Below are positions 51,960 to 64,000 of a stretch of 64,000 bases of DNA, in pieces. The translations under genes were made by a program, and so were the position numbers. Position 1 is the first letter of the stretch. Each line of letters starts with the position of its first letter. The stretch comes from Azolla caroliniana (Eukaryota > Plantae > Polypodiophyta), in the NCBI GenBank assembly GCA_043228905.1, contig JBHGNT010000008.1, positions 9,858,001-9,922,000 on the forward strand, written 5' to 3'. The notes beneath the pieces are model-generated. The model made no database searches and had not been told where the DNA came from. It saw nothing but the letters and a program-made list of their open reading frames with translations.

Positions 51960-52645
51960 TGTCACGGACGAGTAGACCAGGACATGGATAAGTAAGCGAG
52001 CTAAATATTAAGAGAGAGCAAAAGATAGATATATAGATAGAGAGAGAGAGCATAGACAGATGTAGCTCAGTTGGTAAGGTTGCCCAATAGAGACCGGGTG
52101 GTCATGGGTTCAACCCCTACATTCCACTGTGGCATCTAGTGAATTAATAGATATATAAGAAGTATTCCACATTGGCATCTAATGAATTAAGAGATAGATA
52201 AGAAGTATATAATAGAGATGTGAGGAAGTTGGGTTTCAAGCCCAAAATGTAGTGCTTGTAGTACTAACAATTTGTTACCACTAGAGTAAGGTAATTACGA
52301 TAAAAAGAGAGAGAGAGCATAGACAAGAGAACAAGAGAGAGGGAAGGTAGACAAAAGAGCAAGAACTAAATTATGCTTCCGTAACAATCAAGGTGCACCG
52401 AAGTATTTATACAAGAATGTGGTGGTATGCATGCAAGCTAGGAAACATCGAGAGAATGAATGGAAACTTCTAGAGAGTGCATGAAGATGCATTCTCTAGA
52501 ACTTTCTAAGAGAACAAGACAGAGGGAAGGTAGTCAAAAGAGCAAGAACTAAATTATGCTTCCGTAACTGGTGTTGTCCACCTTGATTGTAATCAAGGTG
52601 CACCGAAGTATTTATACAAGAATGTGGTGGTATGCATGCAAGCTA
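51960..52645 (-). mobile_element. Truncated gypsy-type LTR with an internal duplication
   Basis: Begins tgtcacggac, as at 18061. The block at about 52330-52442 is repeated at about 52510-52647, including tatttata. Confidence 0.6.
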
Positions 52646-52699
52646 GGCAACGACCTCTTGCTCACAATCTTCGCCTAGCGGCGGTTACAACAGAGACAC

Positions 52700-52739
<40 letters not shown>

Positions 52740-55582
52740 GCACTGTACAGGAGTTACACCAATAACTCTATCATCGTCACTCATTGAGTTTGCCCTAGGT
52801 CATATTTATACTAATATGACTTTCGTGCTATTTACAAATATAGCCCCAATGGGCTCTTAGAAACATATCTACATATATGTCCCTTCATCCGGTGAGAGGT
52901 TCTCACCGGGCCTACAACATCCGGTTCTCACAGGGTCTTCCGATGCCAGGCCTTCGTATCCCATCCGGAGGGACTGAGATCCTAACAAACTCCCCCTTCA
53001 CTCCGGCATGGGATGCCTCGTCAATCCGATCCGCTTCCGGCATGCGTCTAGCTTGTCGGGCGTCAGCACCTTGGTCAGCATATCCGACCTGTTCTCCTCC
53101 GTGTGGATCTTCGTCAACACGAACTCTCGGTCTTCTACTCACTCCCGAATCCAGTGGTACCTCCGCTGGATGTGCTTCGTCCTGGAATGATACGTTGCGT
53201 TCTTCACAAGGTGGATGGCACTTTGACTATCGCAATAGAGCCGGTATTCATCTTGCCCGATCCCTAACTCTTCGACGAAGTTCTTCATCCATAGTATTTC
53301 CTTGCCGGCTTCCACAGCCGCCATGTACTCTGCTTCCATGGTTGACAACGCAACCGTCTTCTGCAACCTCGATTGCCACGAAACAGCTCCCCCCACATAT
53401 GTCATGACATATCCGAATGTTGACCGGTTAGTATCTGCATAACCCGACATATCCGAATCAGTAAAACCGTCAAGTTAGGGTTTACCAGAGCCGAATCGGA
53501 GACACATACTTGAGGTTCCTTTCAAGTATCGGAGTATCCATTTTACCACATTCCAGTGCTCCTTGTCAGGATTGCTCATAAACCAGCTCACCACTCCGAC
53601 TGCATATCCGATATCCGGTCGGGTACACACCATTGCGTACATTAGGCTCCCAACGGCAGAGGCATATGGTATCTTCATCATATCTGCCTTCTCTGCCTTT
53701 GTCTTCGGGTTTTGCTTATCAGATAACCTGCAGTTTGCCGGAAGTGTCAATCCAACCGGTTTCGCATCTGACATGTTGAACCGTTGAAGCACCTTTGTCA
53801 CGTACTTCTCCTGTGACAACCACAATTGCTTCATTGGCCGGTCCCGGATGATATGCATCCCCAGCATCTGTCTTGCCGGACTGAGGTCTTTCATTGAGAA
53901 GGTCCGGTTCAGGGCCTTCTTCAGCATCCGTGTCTTGACTTGGTCTCGTCCGACGATCAACATGTCATCCACGTACAAGAGGAGTATCAAGAAGTCTCCA
54001 CCTTCGAACTTCTTCACAAATACGCAGTGATCGACCTGCGTCTTGTGGTACCCTTGATCGGTTATGAAGGAGTCGAACTTCTAGTACCATTGCCGGGGAG
54101 CCTGCTTCAACCCGTAGAGGCTCTTTTTTAACCGGCAAACCAGGTGCTCCTTCCCTTTCTTCACAAATCCCTCCGGTTGCTACATGTAGATCTCCTCTTC
54201 GAGGTCACCATGGAGGAACGTCGTCTTCACGTCTAACTGCTCTACCTCGAGGTCCATGCTTGCCGTTATGCTCAACACCGTCCGAATGGAAGTCATCTTT
54301 ACTACCGGGGCAAATATCTCATCGAAGTCCACGCCCTTCTTCTGCTGGAACCCCTTCACCACGATCCTGGCTTTGTACCTTGGAGGGTTGCCGTCATCTA
54401 TCGGTTTCAATTTGTACACCCACTTGTTTCGGAGTGCCCTCTTTCCTTTCAACAACTCCACCAATTCATATGTGTGGTTCTCATGCAGGGCATCCATCTC
54501 GTCCTGCATGGCACTCAACCACTTGCGGCTATGGGTGTCATCCTTCGCTTCTTCAAAGCTTTCCGGCTCCCCCTCATCGGTCAGCAGCACATGCTCTACA
54601 TTTGGAAATCTCCGGCTATGGGCCTTCTCTCTCTGAGAGGATATCTCCGTCTTTGGCTTTCGGCAACCGGCTCCTCTATTTGTTCTTCATCTTAATCCGA
54701 TTCGGGGTCTTGGCCGGTTCCGGTTTCAACTTCCTCTACTTCTTCCTCTGCCGGTTCGGTATCCTCACCGTAACCGGCTGGTTCCTCGAGTGTCAACCGG
54801 CTCTTAGACGGGTAGGTCCGAATCTCATCGGAGTTCATTATCTTCTACTCCGACTCCCAGTCGGCAAGAGTCTTGTTCTCCATGAAGATAATATCTCGGC
54901 TCCCGAAAACCTTTTTGTCAACCGGATCCCACACTCGGTAGCCGAACTCATCGTCGCCATATCCGAGGAATATGCATGGCCGGGTCTTTGGATCCAACTT
55001 TCCTCTCCGGTCCTTAGCAACATGCACGTACGCGAGACACCCGAACACCTTCAGATGCCGGTAGGACACTTCCTTACCGGCCCACACCTTTTGCGGCGTG
55101 TCTCCATCCAAGGGCACTGAGGTATACGTCGTTGTCGACAGCGCCTCAGCCCAAACGTCTTGGGTAGCTTAGCATGTGCTAGCATACTCCGGACCCTCTC
55201 CGTTATGGGCTGGTTCATACTCTCGGGCAACCCGTTTAGTTCCGGCATCTTCGGCATAGTAAATTCGAGCCGGATTCCCTTTGAGCGGCAGTACTCCTCG
55301 AACTACCCCTGGTATTCCCCTCCGTTATCTGCTCGAACTGCCTTCAACTTCCGTCTGGTTTCTCTTTCCACTCTTGCGTGGAGCTCCTTGAAGACGGATA
55401 ACACCTAATCCTTCATCTTCAACGTTGTGGCCCACAGCCTCCTACTATGGTCATCTATGAACGTCACGAAGTACTGTGCTCCGGCATGGGACTTCGTGTC
55501 CACTTGACACACATCGGTATGCACCAACTCCAATGGTGCATTACGTCTCATTGGTGGCCTTGATCGGAAGGAGGTCTGGTTC
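52646..55582 (-). mobile_element. Truncated copia of the B/F family: INT-RT-RNase H (52997-55582) and partial 3' LTR (up to 52987)
   Basis: Close match to element B pol. PPT at about 52990-52999. Contains stops and deletions. Confidence 0.92.
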
Positions 55583-55797
55583 CCGGGGGCTTCACTGTCA
55601 AAACTTGTATGATAGCACGTGAGTTCATCAAAAGGGGTTTAAATTAATCAGTGAGATACAGAATATATATATATATATATATGGGTATTAATAAAGATTT
55701 GAAAATATATTTACATAAGGGTATTATCAATTATGTTGGAAAAAAAATACATAAGCCCATGAAATATTATATATTTCAATGAGATAGTAAAGAATAT

Positions 55798-56935
55798 ATT
55801 GTGAAATGCACATAAGAGATCAAAACCAGTCTACTTCGCTTCTTACTTCTTAATCAATTTATAGTTGATACAACGGAACCCATTTGGGTTGGGTTGGCTA
55901 AACAAGGTGTGCTAAAAGGGTGGGTCAACTTGAGCACACGCATCCTAAAAAGGGTGAGCTAAAAGGGTGGCACAAAGGAACACATACACACCACATTTCC
56001 CCCCTGCGAGAAACAAGAGATTGAGGGGCATGAACAAGAACAGGACATGTACATGAACAAGAACAAGAACAATGGCTTGTCGAAGGAGGGAGAGCATCTG
56101 ATAGCAGGTTTCAAATGGAAATCCATCGATGATTCTAGTGCGAGGCGAGGGTTACACCCATAGAGTGCTCGAAAAGGGTTGATTTATGCAGCCATCTCAT
56201 GTTTGAGGGTCTTGTTGAGGCGTTCGGCGAAGATGGCGTGGGGATGTAAACGACGTAGTTGAGTTGCAACGACGTTGAGGACATCCCCCGTGGATTTGTT
56301 GACCTTGATAGTTGGACAAGGCTAGTGACGGAAAACGAGCTATCAATCGGCGAATAGAGATCAATCACTCTTGTGGACTGAGGGCCACCTGGACTTGGCT
56401 GAGGAGGGGGACATGAGGGCTATCGTGTCGGAGGGGGATCGAGGAAAGATCATATGGCGACGAAGATCAATCGTTCCTGTGGACTGAGGGCCACCTGGAC
56501 TTGGCTGAGGTGGGGGACAAGAGGGCTATCGTGTCGGAGGGGGATCGAGGAAAGATCATATGGCGGTGAAGATCAATCGCTCCTGTGGAATGAATGCCAC
56601 CTGGACTTGGCTAAGGTGGGGGATATGAGGGCTATCGTGTAAGAGGGGGATTAGAGAAACTCGTGGGACAAGAAGTTGCGGGGGAAGAGGTGGATGCTTG
56701 GACGTGGGGGACTGGTACCCTGCTTCTCCACCAATATGTGAAATGCACATAAGAGGTCAAAACCAATCTACTTAGCTTCTTACTTCTTAATCAATTTATA
56801 GTTGATACAACGGAACCCATTTGGGTTGGGTTGGCTAAACAGGGTGTGCTAAAAGGGTGGGTCAACTTGAGCACATGCATCCTAAAAAGGGTGAGTTAAA
56901 AGGGTGGCACAAAGGAACACATGCACACCACAATA
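55798..56935. repeat. Direct repeat of about 200 bp (55798-55995 and 56737-56935) flanking a 106-bp tandem repeat (56358-56650)
   Basis: Seen by direct comparison of the copies. Confidence 0.85.
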
Positions 56936-58260
56936 TTATACAAACAATACTGAAATTTGGAGTAGCATACATACATACATACATACATACATACATACAT
57001 ACATACATACATACATGCATGCATGCATATACCTACATTCAAACATTACATCCATGAATATGTATATACATACATTACACCCATTTATACATGCATACTG
57101 ACTAAACATAAATATATGTAGAAATATGTATTACCATATGTAAATATGTACATACACATACATACATGCATTACATACTACATACATATTAGAATTGGCC
57201 ATATACATTGACATAGGAATATACATAATACATACATAAAAATTACATATTACATATATGCATACACATTCTCACAAACATATTTTATATATTACATATT
57301 ACACACATATATTATTATACACACAATTATATACAAATGCGAATATACAAACCAAACACAAAAATAAAGTACATATTGTATATATACACATACATACACA
57401 TATACACACATTCCATACATACAATACAATACAATATATACATACACACACGAACATAACACACATCACACATGCATATATACCTACATTCATACATCAC
57501 ACATCACACATGCGTATATACCTGTACATTCAAACATTACATCCATGAATATGTATATACATACATTACACCCATTTATACATGCATACTGACTAAACAT
57601 AAATATATGTACAAATATATATTACCATATGTAAATATGTACATATACATACGTACATGCATTACATACTGCATACATATTAGAATCAAGTTGCAACCAT
57701 ATATATTGACATACATATATACATGTAACATAATACATACAATAAAATTAGATATGACATACATGCATACACAAATGCATGTATACATACAAAACATGAA
57801 AAATAAATTACATATTATATATATACACACACATACATATTATTACCTAAGACTACATATTATATCAATATGTATACAAATCTTCATACTTACAAACAAG
57901 TTACATATATATACACGTGCACACACACAAATAAATTAGATATTACATAGCATATAATCCATACCTATTACACAATATACAAATTTACACATACATCATT
58001 TACATATATATATATTACATATGTAAATACATATTCCACATATCACCATATATATAGATTATACTAGACCATACAAACCACAATACTTACATACACACAC
58101 ACATTAGGTATATGTATACTTAGACATACATTGGATATATACATGCATATTATGTACATATTACAAACATACATCCATATACGAACCATATACATACTAA
58201 ACATGAAAATATCCCAAAAATATACATACATAAGGCAGTAACATTTTATTGACTAGTCGA

Positions 58261-59637
58261 ATGGAGATGGAGGAACAGGGAAGAGAGAGAGCGCATCAGA
58301 GAGCCACCTCAACGACACAACAGGGGAACTCTAAAGAAGCATCCCCGCCAACAGAATCTAAGGAGCGGCCTCTACCGATCGTATTCTCGATAGAAGAAGA
58401 GGCTGAATTCAAATCAGAGATTCAGCGTCTAACTCAACTCTCTGTGATTTGTAGAGTGGTGGGAGCTCGGCCAAATAGAGGTGAGTGCAAGGATTTGTTA
58501 CAAGCATCTATGCATGGATTAATTGGTAGGATAATAGATGTCCAATTTATGGGACGAGGATTTTATCATGTGGAATTGGATACAATTGAATCAGTGGGCA
58601 TAATGTGGGAACATAGTCCTCTTGATGTAAGAGGTGCCCGTGCATTTGTGATGCCTTGGAAACAAGGTTTTAATCCTATGGAGGCAATACGGAAAGGAGA
58701 TCGGATATTTCCGTTAACGATTGTCTTCCCGGGATTACGAAAGGAGTATTTACCGATGCTTGGAGCAATAGCTTCGAGGATCAGAACAATAGTGAGAGTC
58801 CAAGAAAGTATGGCTATGCAATTAACTAAAATGTCGGGATTTCTGTCAAGCCGAATCTTGGTAGGATCACTCGAAAACTTACCTACAAAGGTAATGCTAC
58901 CAAATGAAGAAGGGGATTCTATAGAACAAAAGGTGGAGTTTGTCGGATTCCCTGGACAATGCTTCTATTGTCGACAAATGGGACATTTAGCCAAGAATTG
59001 CCCAAGGAGAAATGTTAAACTGGGGGGAAAAAAACGTTGTTGCGAATATTGTAAACAAGAAGGGCATGAGGCAAATAAATGTCAAGAGAAACTAGCCTCA
59101 GATTGTATGGGTGTACGGGCACAAGGGGAAACAGGAGACAATCAATGGATAGATGTAAAGGCTAAGCATGGATGCAAGTCACGTATGGTGCCTATGCAAG
59201 AGACATGCCTCACCCCTAATGCGTATAATGCATTGGACATAGAAACTGATGCACAAGAACAACCAACATCCACTACTGAGATAAGGGGGAAAAAGGTTAG
59301 TACCATCCAACCAAATGATGGATGTGTCAAGTCAAGAACATTTCGTTCGAAAAGAACATTACGATCACAAAAATCTGATAATGCGATCACAATAACAACA
59401 TGTGGAATGTTGAAGGAGGATACCGGAAATGGTGGGTTTTCAATACTTGACTATGCAGCCCCCTTTGGGCATGATTTCACAAAGCATTTGGGTGTTAAAG
59501 ATGTTCATGAACCCAATGCAATAAGGGTCCATGTTTTATTAAACAAGTGGAAAGTCCATTTGTCGGTTATTCATTTCCATTATGTGGTTATGAGAGAAGT
59601 GACATATGGAATCAACCGAATGTTATGTTGGCCCTGA
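58261..59637 (+). CDS. LINE ORF1 (DUF4283-like region plus two CCHC knuckles); probably extended to 59897 before frameshifts
   Basis: FMGRGFYHVE, CFYCRQMGHLAKNC and CEYCKQEGHEANKC motifs. Confidence 0.85.
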   Translation: MEMEEQGRERAHQRATSTTQQGNSKEASPPTESKERPLPIVFSIEEEAEFKSEIQRLTQLSVICRVVGARPNRGECKDLLQASMHGLIGRIIDVQFMGRGFYHVELDTIESVGIMWEHSPLDVRGARAFVMPWKQGFNPMEAIRKGDRIFPLTIVFPGLRKEYLPMLGAIASRIRTIVRVQESMAMQLTKMSGFLSSRILVGSLENLPTKVMLPNEEGDSIEQKVEFVGFPGQCFYCRQMGHLAKNCPRRNVKLGGKKRCCEYCKQEGHEANKCQEKLASDCMGVRAQGETGDNQWIDVKAKHGCKSRMVPMQETCLTPNAYNALDIETDAQEQPTSTTEIRGKKVSTIQPNDGCVKSRTFRSKRTLRSQKSDNAITITTCGMLKEDTGNGGFSILDYAAPFGHDFTKHLGVKDVHEPNAIRVHVLLNKWKVHLSVIHFHYVVMREVTYGINRMLCWP

Positions 59638-59896
59638 GAGGACAAGTTTTGTATTTAGCCAAATACGTGCAAAATCCTCAATTGGGGGAAACAATATTGA
59701 GGGAGCCAAGCCAAGGCTCGAGCCCATCATCATTGGCGATTCCTTAAAGAAGGTTGTGACAGGGTTGTGACATACTCAAAAGCCAAATGGTGATTATGGG
59801 AGATGGGGGGGGGGGGGGGGGGGGGGACGTAAGCTTCGTGGAACCATCCTCTAAGACTCGTAGGATCGGGTCTGGTTCGGCCTCTAACAATTGTTA

Positions 59897-62561
59897 ATGA
59901 GGCTCCTCACGTGGAATGTACAGGGCTTGGGAGGTCCCTTGTATCGAAGATATAGAGGTAGATTAAGGCAAGCATTACAAAACTGTCTCACGAATGGGTC
60001 GTTGGATATTATGATTTTTTATGAACATCATTTGAATGAGCAAAGAATAATGAACTATGGCACTATATTACCTGGTAGTTGGGAGATGTTTTGATCCCCG
60101 GCTATTGGCACTAGTGGTACACAAGGCGGGGGGTGTGTATGGCAATACCACATAATTGGAAATCAAGTATTATTTGCAAAGAGATCATTGTGCCAGGAAG
60201 AGCACAATATATTGTATTACAAGATTTGCATACAACTTGGGGTTACTTGAATATCTACGCACCAAATCATGCATCGGCTAGGAAACACTTTTGGTGTGAA
60301 ATTATAAATGCATTACCGAATGTGTCTCATTGGTGTGTTGCAGGGGATTTTACGAAAGGAGGAAGTGTTTCAACAATTCATGGGGAGGAATTAGCAGTCT
60401 AGGAACGGATGTGTTTGAAATTGAGTATTTTGGATGCATGGCATATGCCTAATGTTTACAGATCTCAGGATTCCTTGAGTTTCTCACGTTCTGATAGAAG
60501 AATTGCTGGAACCAATCTTTCAAGATTGGATAGATTTTATGTGGGGGAGACCTTTGTCTTAAATGGGGGAAATATCACTATTATGCCAGGCACAACTTTC
60601 TCTGATCATGCTCCTGTTATATTGAGAACCTTTGGGCAATCGAAAAGGGAGTCCATACGATTTAGGATACCCGAAAAAGTAATGTTACATGATAGATGGT
60701 ATAATCAAGTGATAGATATTTGGCGGAACAAAGATAATATGGATGTTCCCATTACAATCAAAGTGGCTTGTGCTTTGACGGAGATATCACAATATTTTGC
60801 GTTAAAATCAAGATCTGAATATCAAGAGAAGGAAAGAAGGATGAGGGCAAGATTGATATCTTTGCAAAGATTGCAACAAGGTCAGCCAGAGCGTGCATGG
60901 ATAGCTTCACATCTGTCATGATATGGCAAAATTCAAACCCATGACCTTAGATTATATGGGTCGAGCTCTTGACCATTATATCATCTATTGTAATATGTAG
61001 GATATTATTTTTATTTACATTTTATTATAGGAAATTAATGTATATTCCAGATTTCTCTGGAACATTCTAGAAGCTTCAGGATTACTCCTGAGAACACTAT
61101 AAAAGAGGGCACTAGGCATTATGTTGAACCAAATTGGTTCGACGCCAGTCTTTTGTACTTACTCTTCTTATAATATATAATCTGTTATCATCATCTCTCT
61201 CTCTCTCTCTCTCTCGTCCTCGCTATCTCTCTCTCTCTCCTCTTCTCTCTTCCTCTCTCAGGAGTCTTACGCAGTCCCGTCCTCTTAGTACTAATAGTAC
61301 TTCCCTTCTCTAGTACTAATTCTCTCTCTGTTTAGTACTAATCCTCTCTCTGTTTAGTACTATTCCTGACAACATCTTGAAGAAGCTCGAAAACAAGTTC
61401 AACATATGGAAGAATGTCGTAGTCAATTTCGGTATCACAATTCTGCTTCAAGATGGACAAAACAATTGGGGATAGATGTACAAAACAATTTTTTAATATT
61501 AAAGGCCCCAAGAGAGTCTCTAATGTAACCTGTTGTTCGCGGAATGAAAATGGCGAACTTGAAATGGATCCAAATGTTGTACAGGAAATTGCCACGAAAT
61601 TCTATGCTACCCTTTTGTCAGAAGAGCCTATCTCTGAGGATATAAGCCAAAATAGAATGAAGGTCTATGCAAAAATTCAACCTACTCAAGCAATGCAAGA
61701 TTCATTGATGTCACCTATTACAGAATGAAGATGCAAAAAAGGTGTGGTTTTTTTTAGTACTCAATTAAGATTGGACGACACATTTTGGCAGCTCAACGTA
61801 GGACTACACCATGAGCTAGTCAATTTTGGACCCATCAAGGGATCACATCCGAATTTCTAACAAAGTTTTGGAGAACATTATGGAAAAGGAAGCAAGATAT
61901 GAAAATAAATGTCTTCCAATGGCTAGTAATACATAGAGCATTAGCAGTTGGCCAATGGTTGCAACAATCAACCACACCGACCGCATGCATCTATTGTAGT
62001 CGTCAAATGGAGACATTGAAACATTGCTTGTGGGAATGTCATGCTACACAGCAAGTTTGGAGACGAGTGTTCCGAGTTCTTGCTTGTATGTTTAGGAATT
62101 GCAGTTTTTCGTGGGGTATGGTAGTATGGGCTACAGTGGCACAAGTGATGTGGCCATATGAGGCATGTCCAAATGACACGATTATTAGAATTCAAAGAGG
62201 AATGATAATGGTGGTGCAACGAAGTCAAATGGAGGCTCCTTATATTTTAGAGACAATGCAAGAAGTATGGGAGCTATTATGCACCACCACAATGTGGTTT
62301 ATTTGGACTGCTAAGTGTTCTAAGGTGTTTGGTAATACTACTGTTCATCCAGTGGAAAGTGTACGGAATGTCTGGATGGAGATGGTACATACCTTGAAAG
62401 GGCGGTATGAGGATATTAAAGGTGCCACAGATGCTGCGGTGTTGCAACGTCTCAAATTTATTGCCTATTGGAAGAAGGCCCCTTTTCTCACAGTACAAAA
62501 TTCCAGACCTAAATGGTGCTTAGCACCACCAGTATGGTTGTTCCCACCACCAATCACATAG
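59897..62561 (+). pseudogene. LINE ORF2 remnants: endonuclease, linker and zf-RVT; RT core absent
   Basis: LLTWNVQGL, NIYAPN, AGDF, SRLDRFY, SDHAPV and CIYC...ETLKHCLWEC motifs. Confidence 0.88.
60914..61371 (+). mobile_element. Gypsy-type solo LTR inside LINE ORF2
   Basis: Ends tgtcatga...cctgaca. TATAAAA at 61098. TSD acatc at 60909-60913 and 61372-61376. Confidence 0.92.
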
Positions 62562-62717
62562 CTTGGTTAAGAAGTGGTGGAGTGTTCATACTATTTATCC
62601 TTGAGGGATGGGACCTAAGGAATAATGCATCAGATCAATGGTAGCTTGATGGTAGGTCAGTTTTTATTGTAATAATTGTTCATAACTAATGAAAGGATAT
62701 TTTTCAGGAAAAAAAAA

Positions 62718-63275
62718 TATATATATATACATACATAAATACATTACATATATACGCATACATACATTCATACATTTACATACATATGACCACATACACA
62801 CATACATACATTGGATATATACATACATATTACAAACACATTCATACTCATTGAATCATGTATATTGACAGATGCATATATGCATACACATATATATACG
62901 TACATATGCCTACAATGTTATAAGTTTTACAACCATGCATCCATACACATATATACATATATACATACATTACATACATGCATACACATAAATACGTTAC
63001 ATACACATACGTTACATATGTACATACATATCATCACAAACTACAATACATACATATATACATAAATATTACAAACAAACATCCACACACTCATGTATGC
63101 ATATATGCATATACCATACACTATACACATACAAACATACATACATTACATATGTACATTCATGCATGTACATACATACATTGCATATGCATATATTACA
63201 ATCACACATTCATATACATTGAGTCATGTACATTGACATATGGATATATACATACACCTACACACATACACACAC

Positions 63276-63316
<41 letters not shown>

Positions 63317-63332
63317 TACATACATACATACA

Positions 63333-63366
<34 letters not shown>

Positions 63367-63464
63367 CATACATACATACATACATACATACATACATACA
63401 TACACACATACATACACACACACATACATACATACATACATACATACATACATACATACATACA

Positions 63465-63498
<34 letters not shown>

Positions 63499-63912
63499 CA
63501 TTCATACATTACATATGGATATATGCATACACATACATACATTACATATGCATACATATATGTACATTTGTACATAGACATACCTATATTCATTTATACA
63601 TTGCTACATATACATACATATATGTACATTTGTACATAGACATACCTATATTCATTTATACATTGCTACATATACATACATTATATATATACATAAATAT
63701 TATGCACATATTACAATCACACATCCATACACATTGAATCATGTACATTGTCATATGGATATATGAATACACATACATACACAGATAAATTACATATGGA
63801 TATATGCATACACATATGTACATTCGCACATGGACATACATATATTCATTTATACATTGCTAAATATACATACACATATATACATTAGATATATACATAG
63901 ATATTATGTACA
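62718..63912. repeat. Compound (TA)/(CA)/(TACA) microsatellite-like DNA; similar tract at 56960-58233
   Basis: Directly visible. Confidence 0.95.
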
Positions 63913-64000
63913 TATTGTGGTGTGCATGTGTTCCTTTGTGCCATCCTTTTAGCTCACCCTTTTTAGGATGCGTGTGCTCAAGTTGACCCACCCTTTTAGC

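Larger units (their letters stand above)
58234..62717 (+). mobile_element. L1-type LINE, internally deleted
   Basis: ORF1, APE endonuclease, C-terminal zinc-binding region and an A-tail at 62709-62717. Probable TSD atatacatacataa at 58220-58233 and 62725-62738. Confidence 0.88.
56812..64000. mobile_element. Probable TIR/foldback DNA transposon with a (TACA)n/(CA)n-rich interior; right end beyond the window
   Basis: 63915-64000 is the reverse complement of about 56848-56934. No transposase is visible. Confidence 0.6.

Noticed and set aside
52061-52121. Functional tRNA genes here or at 2856, 5821, 18485 and 60929
   Set aside because: None has a complete cloverleaf or acceptor stem, so they are reported only as tRNA-like boxes.
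62978-63841. His/Thr/Tyr/Ile-rich and Met/Tyr/Val/Cys-rich ORFs (also 56857-57939)
   Set aside because: They are translations of TACA/CA microsatellites.

Overview
The window is plant heterochromatin, probably from a non-seed plant such as a moss (inferred from the element types). It consists almost entirely of nested retrotransposons, and I found no intact host gene. It contains (i) several Ty1/copia elements, three of them complete with target-site duplications (TSDs): 8524-14032, 37074-47941 and 40035-45342; (ii) a tRNA-Met-primed chromovirus at 30359-36877; (iii) Tf1/Tcn1-like self-priming gypsy LTRs; (iv) a group of non-chromovirus gypsy elements, one of which carries a captured DEM/VID27 host gene; and (v) an L1-type LINE inside a microsatellite-rich element with terminal inverted repeats (TIRs). 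Two signals stand out. First, in three gypsy-type elements the polypurine tract (PPT) before the 3' LTR is replaced by a tRNA-3'-end mimic ending in CCA. This is an inverted copy of the primer-binding site (PBS) and suggests tRNA priming of both DNA strands or a self-encoded primer. Second, three different self-priming-type LTR families each carry an outward-facing tRNA-like A/B-box cassette at the U3 edge. All calls were made by eye; no database searches were run.
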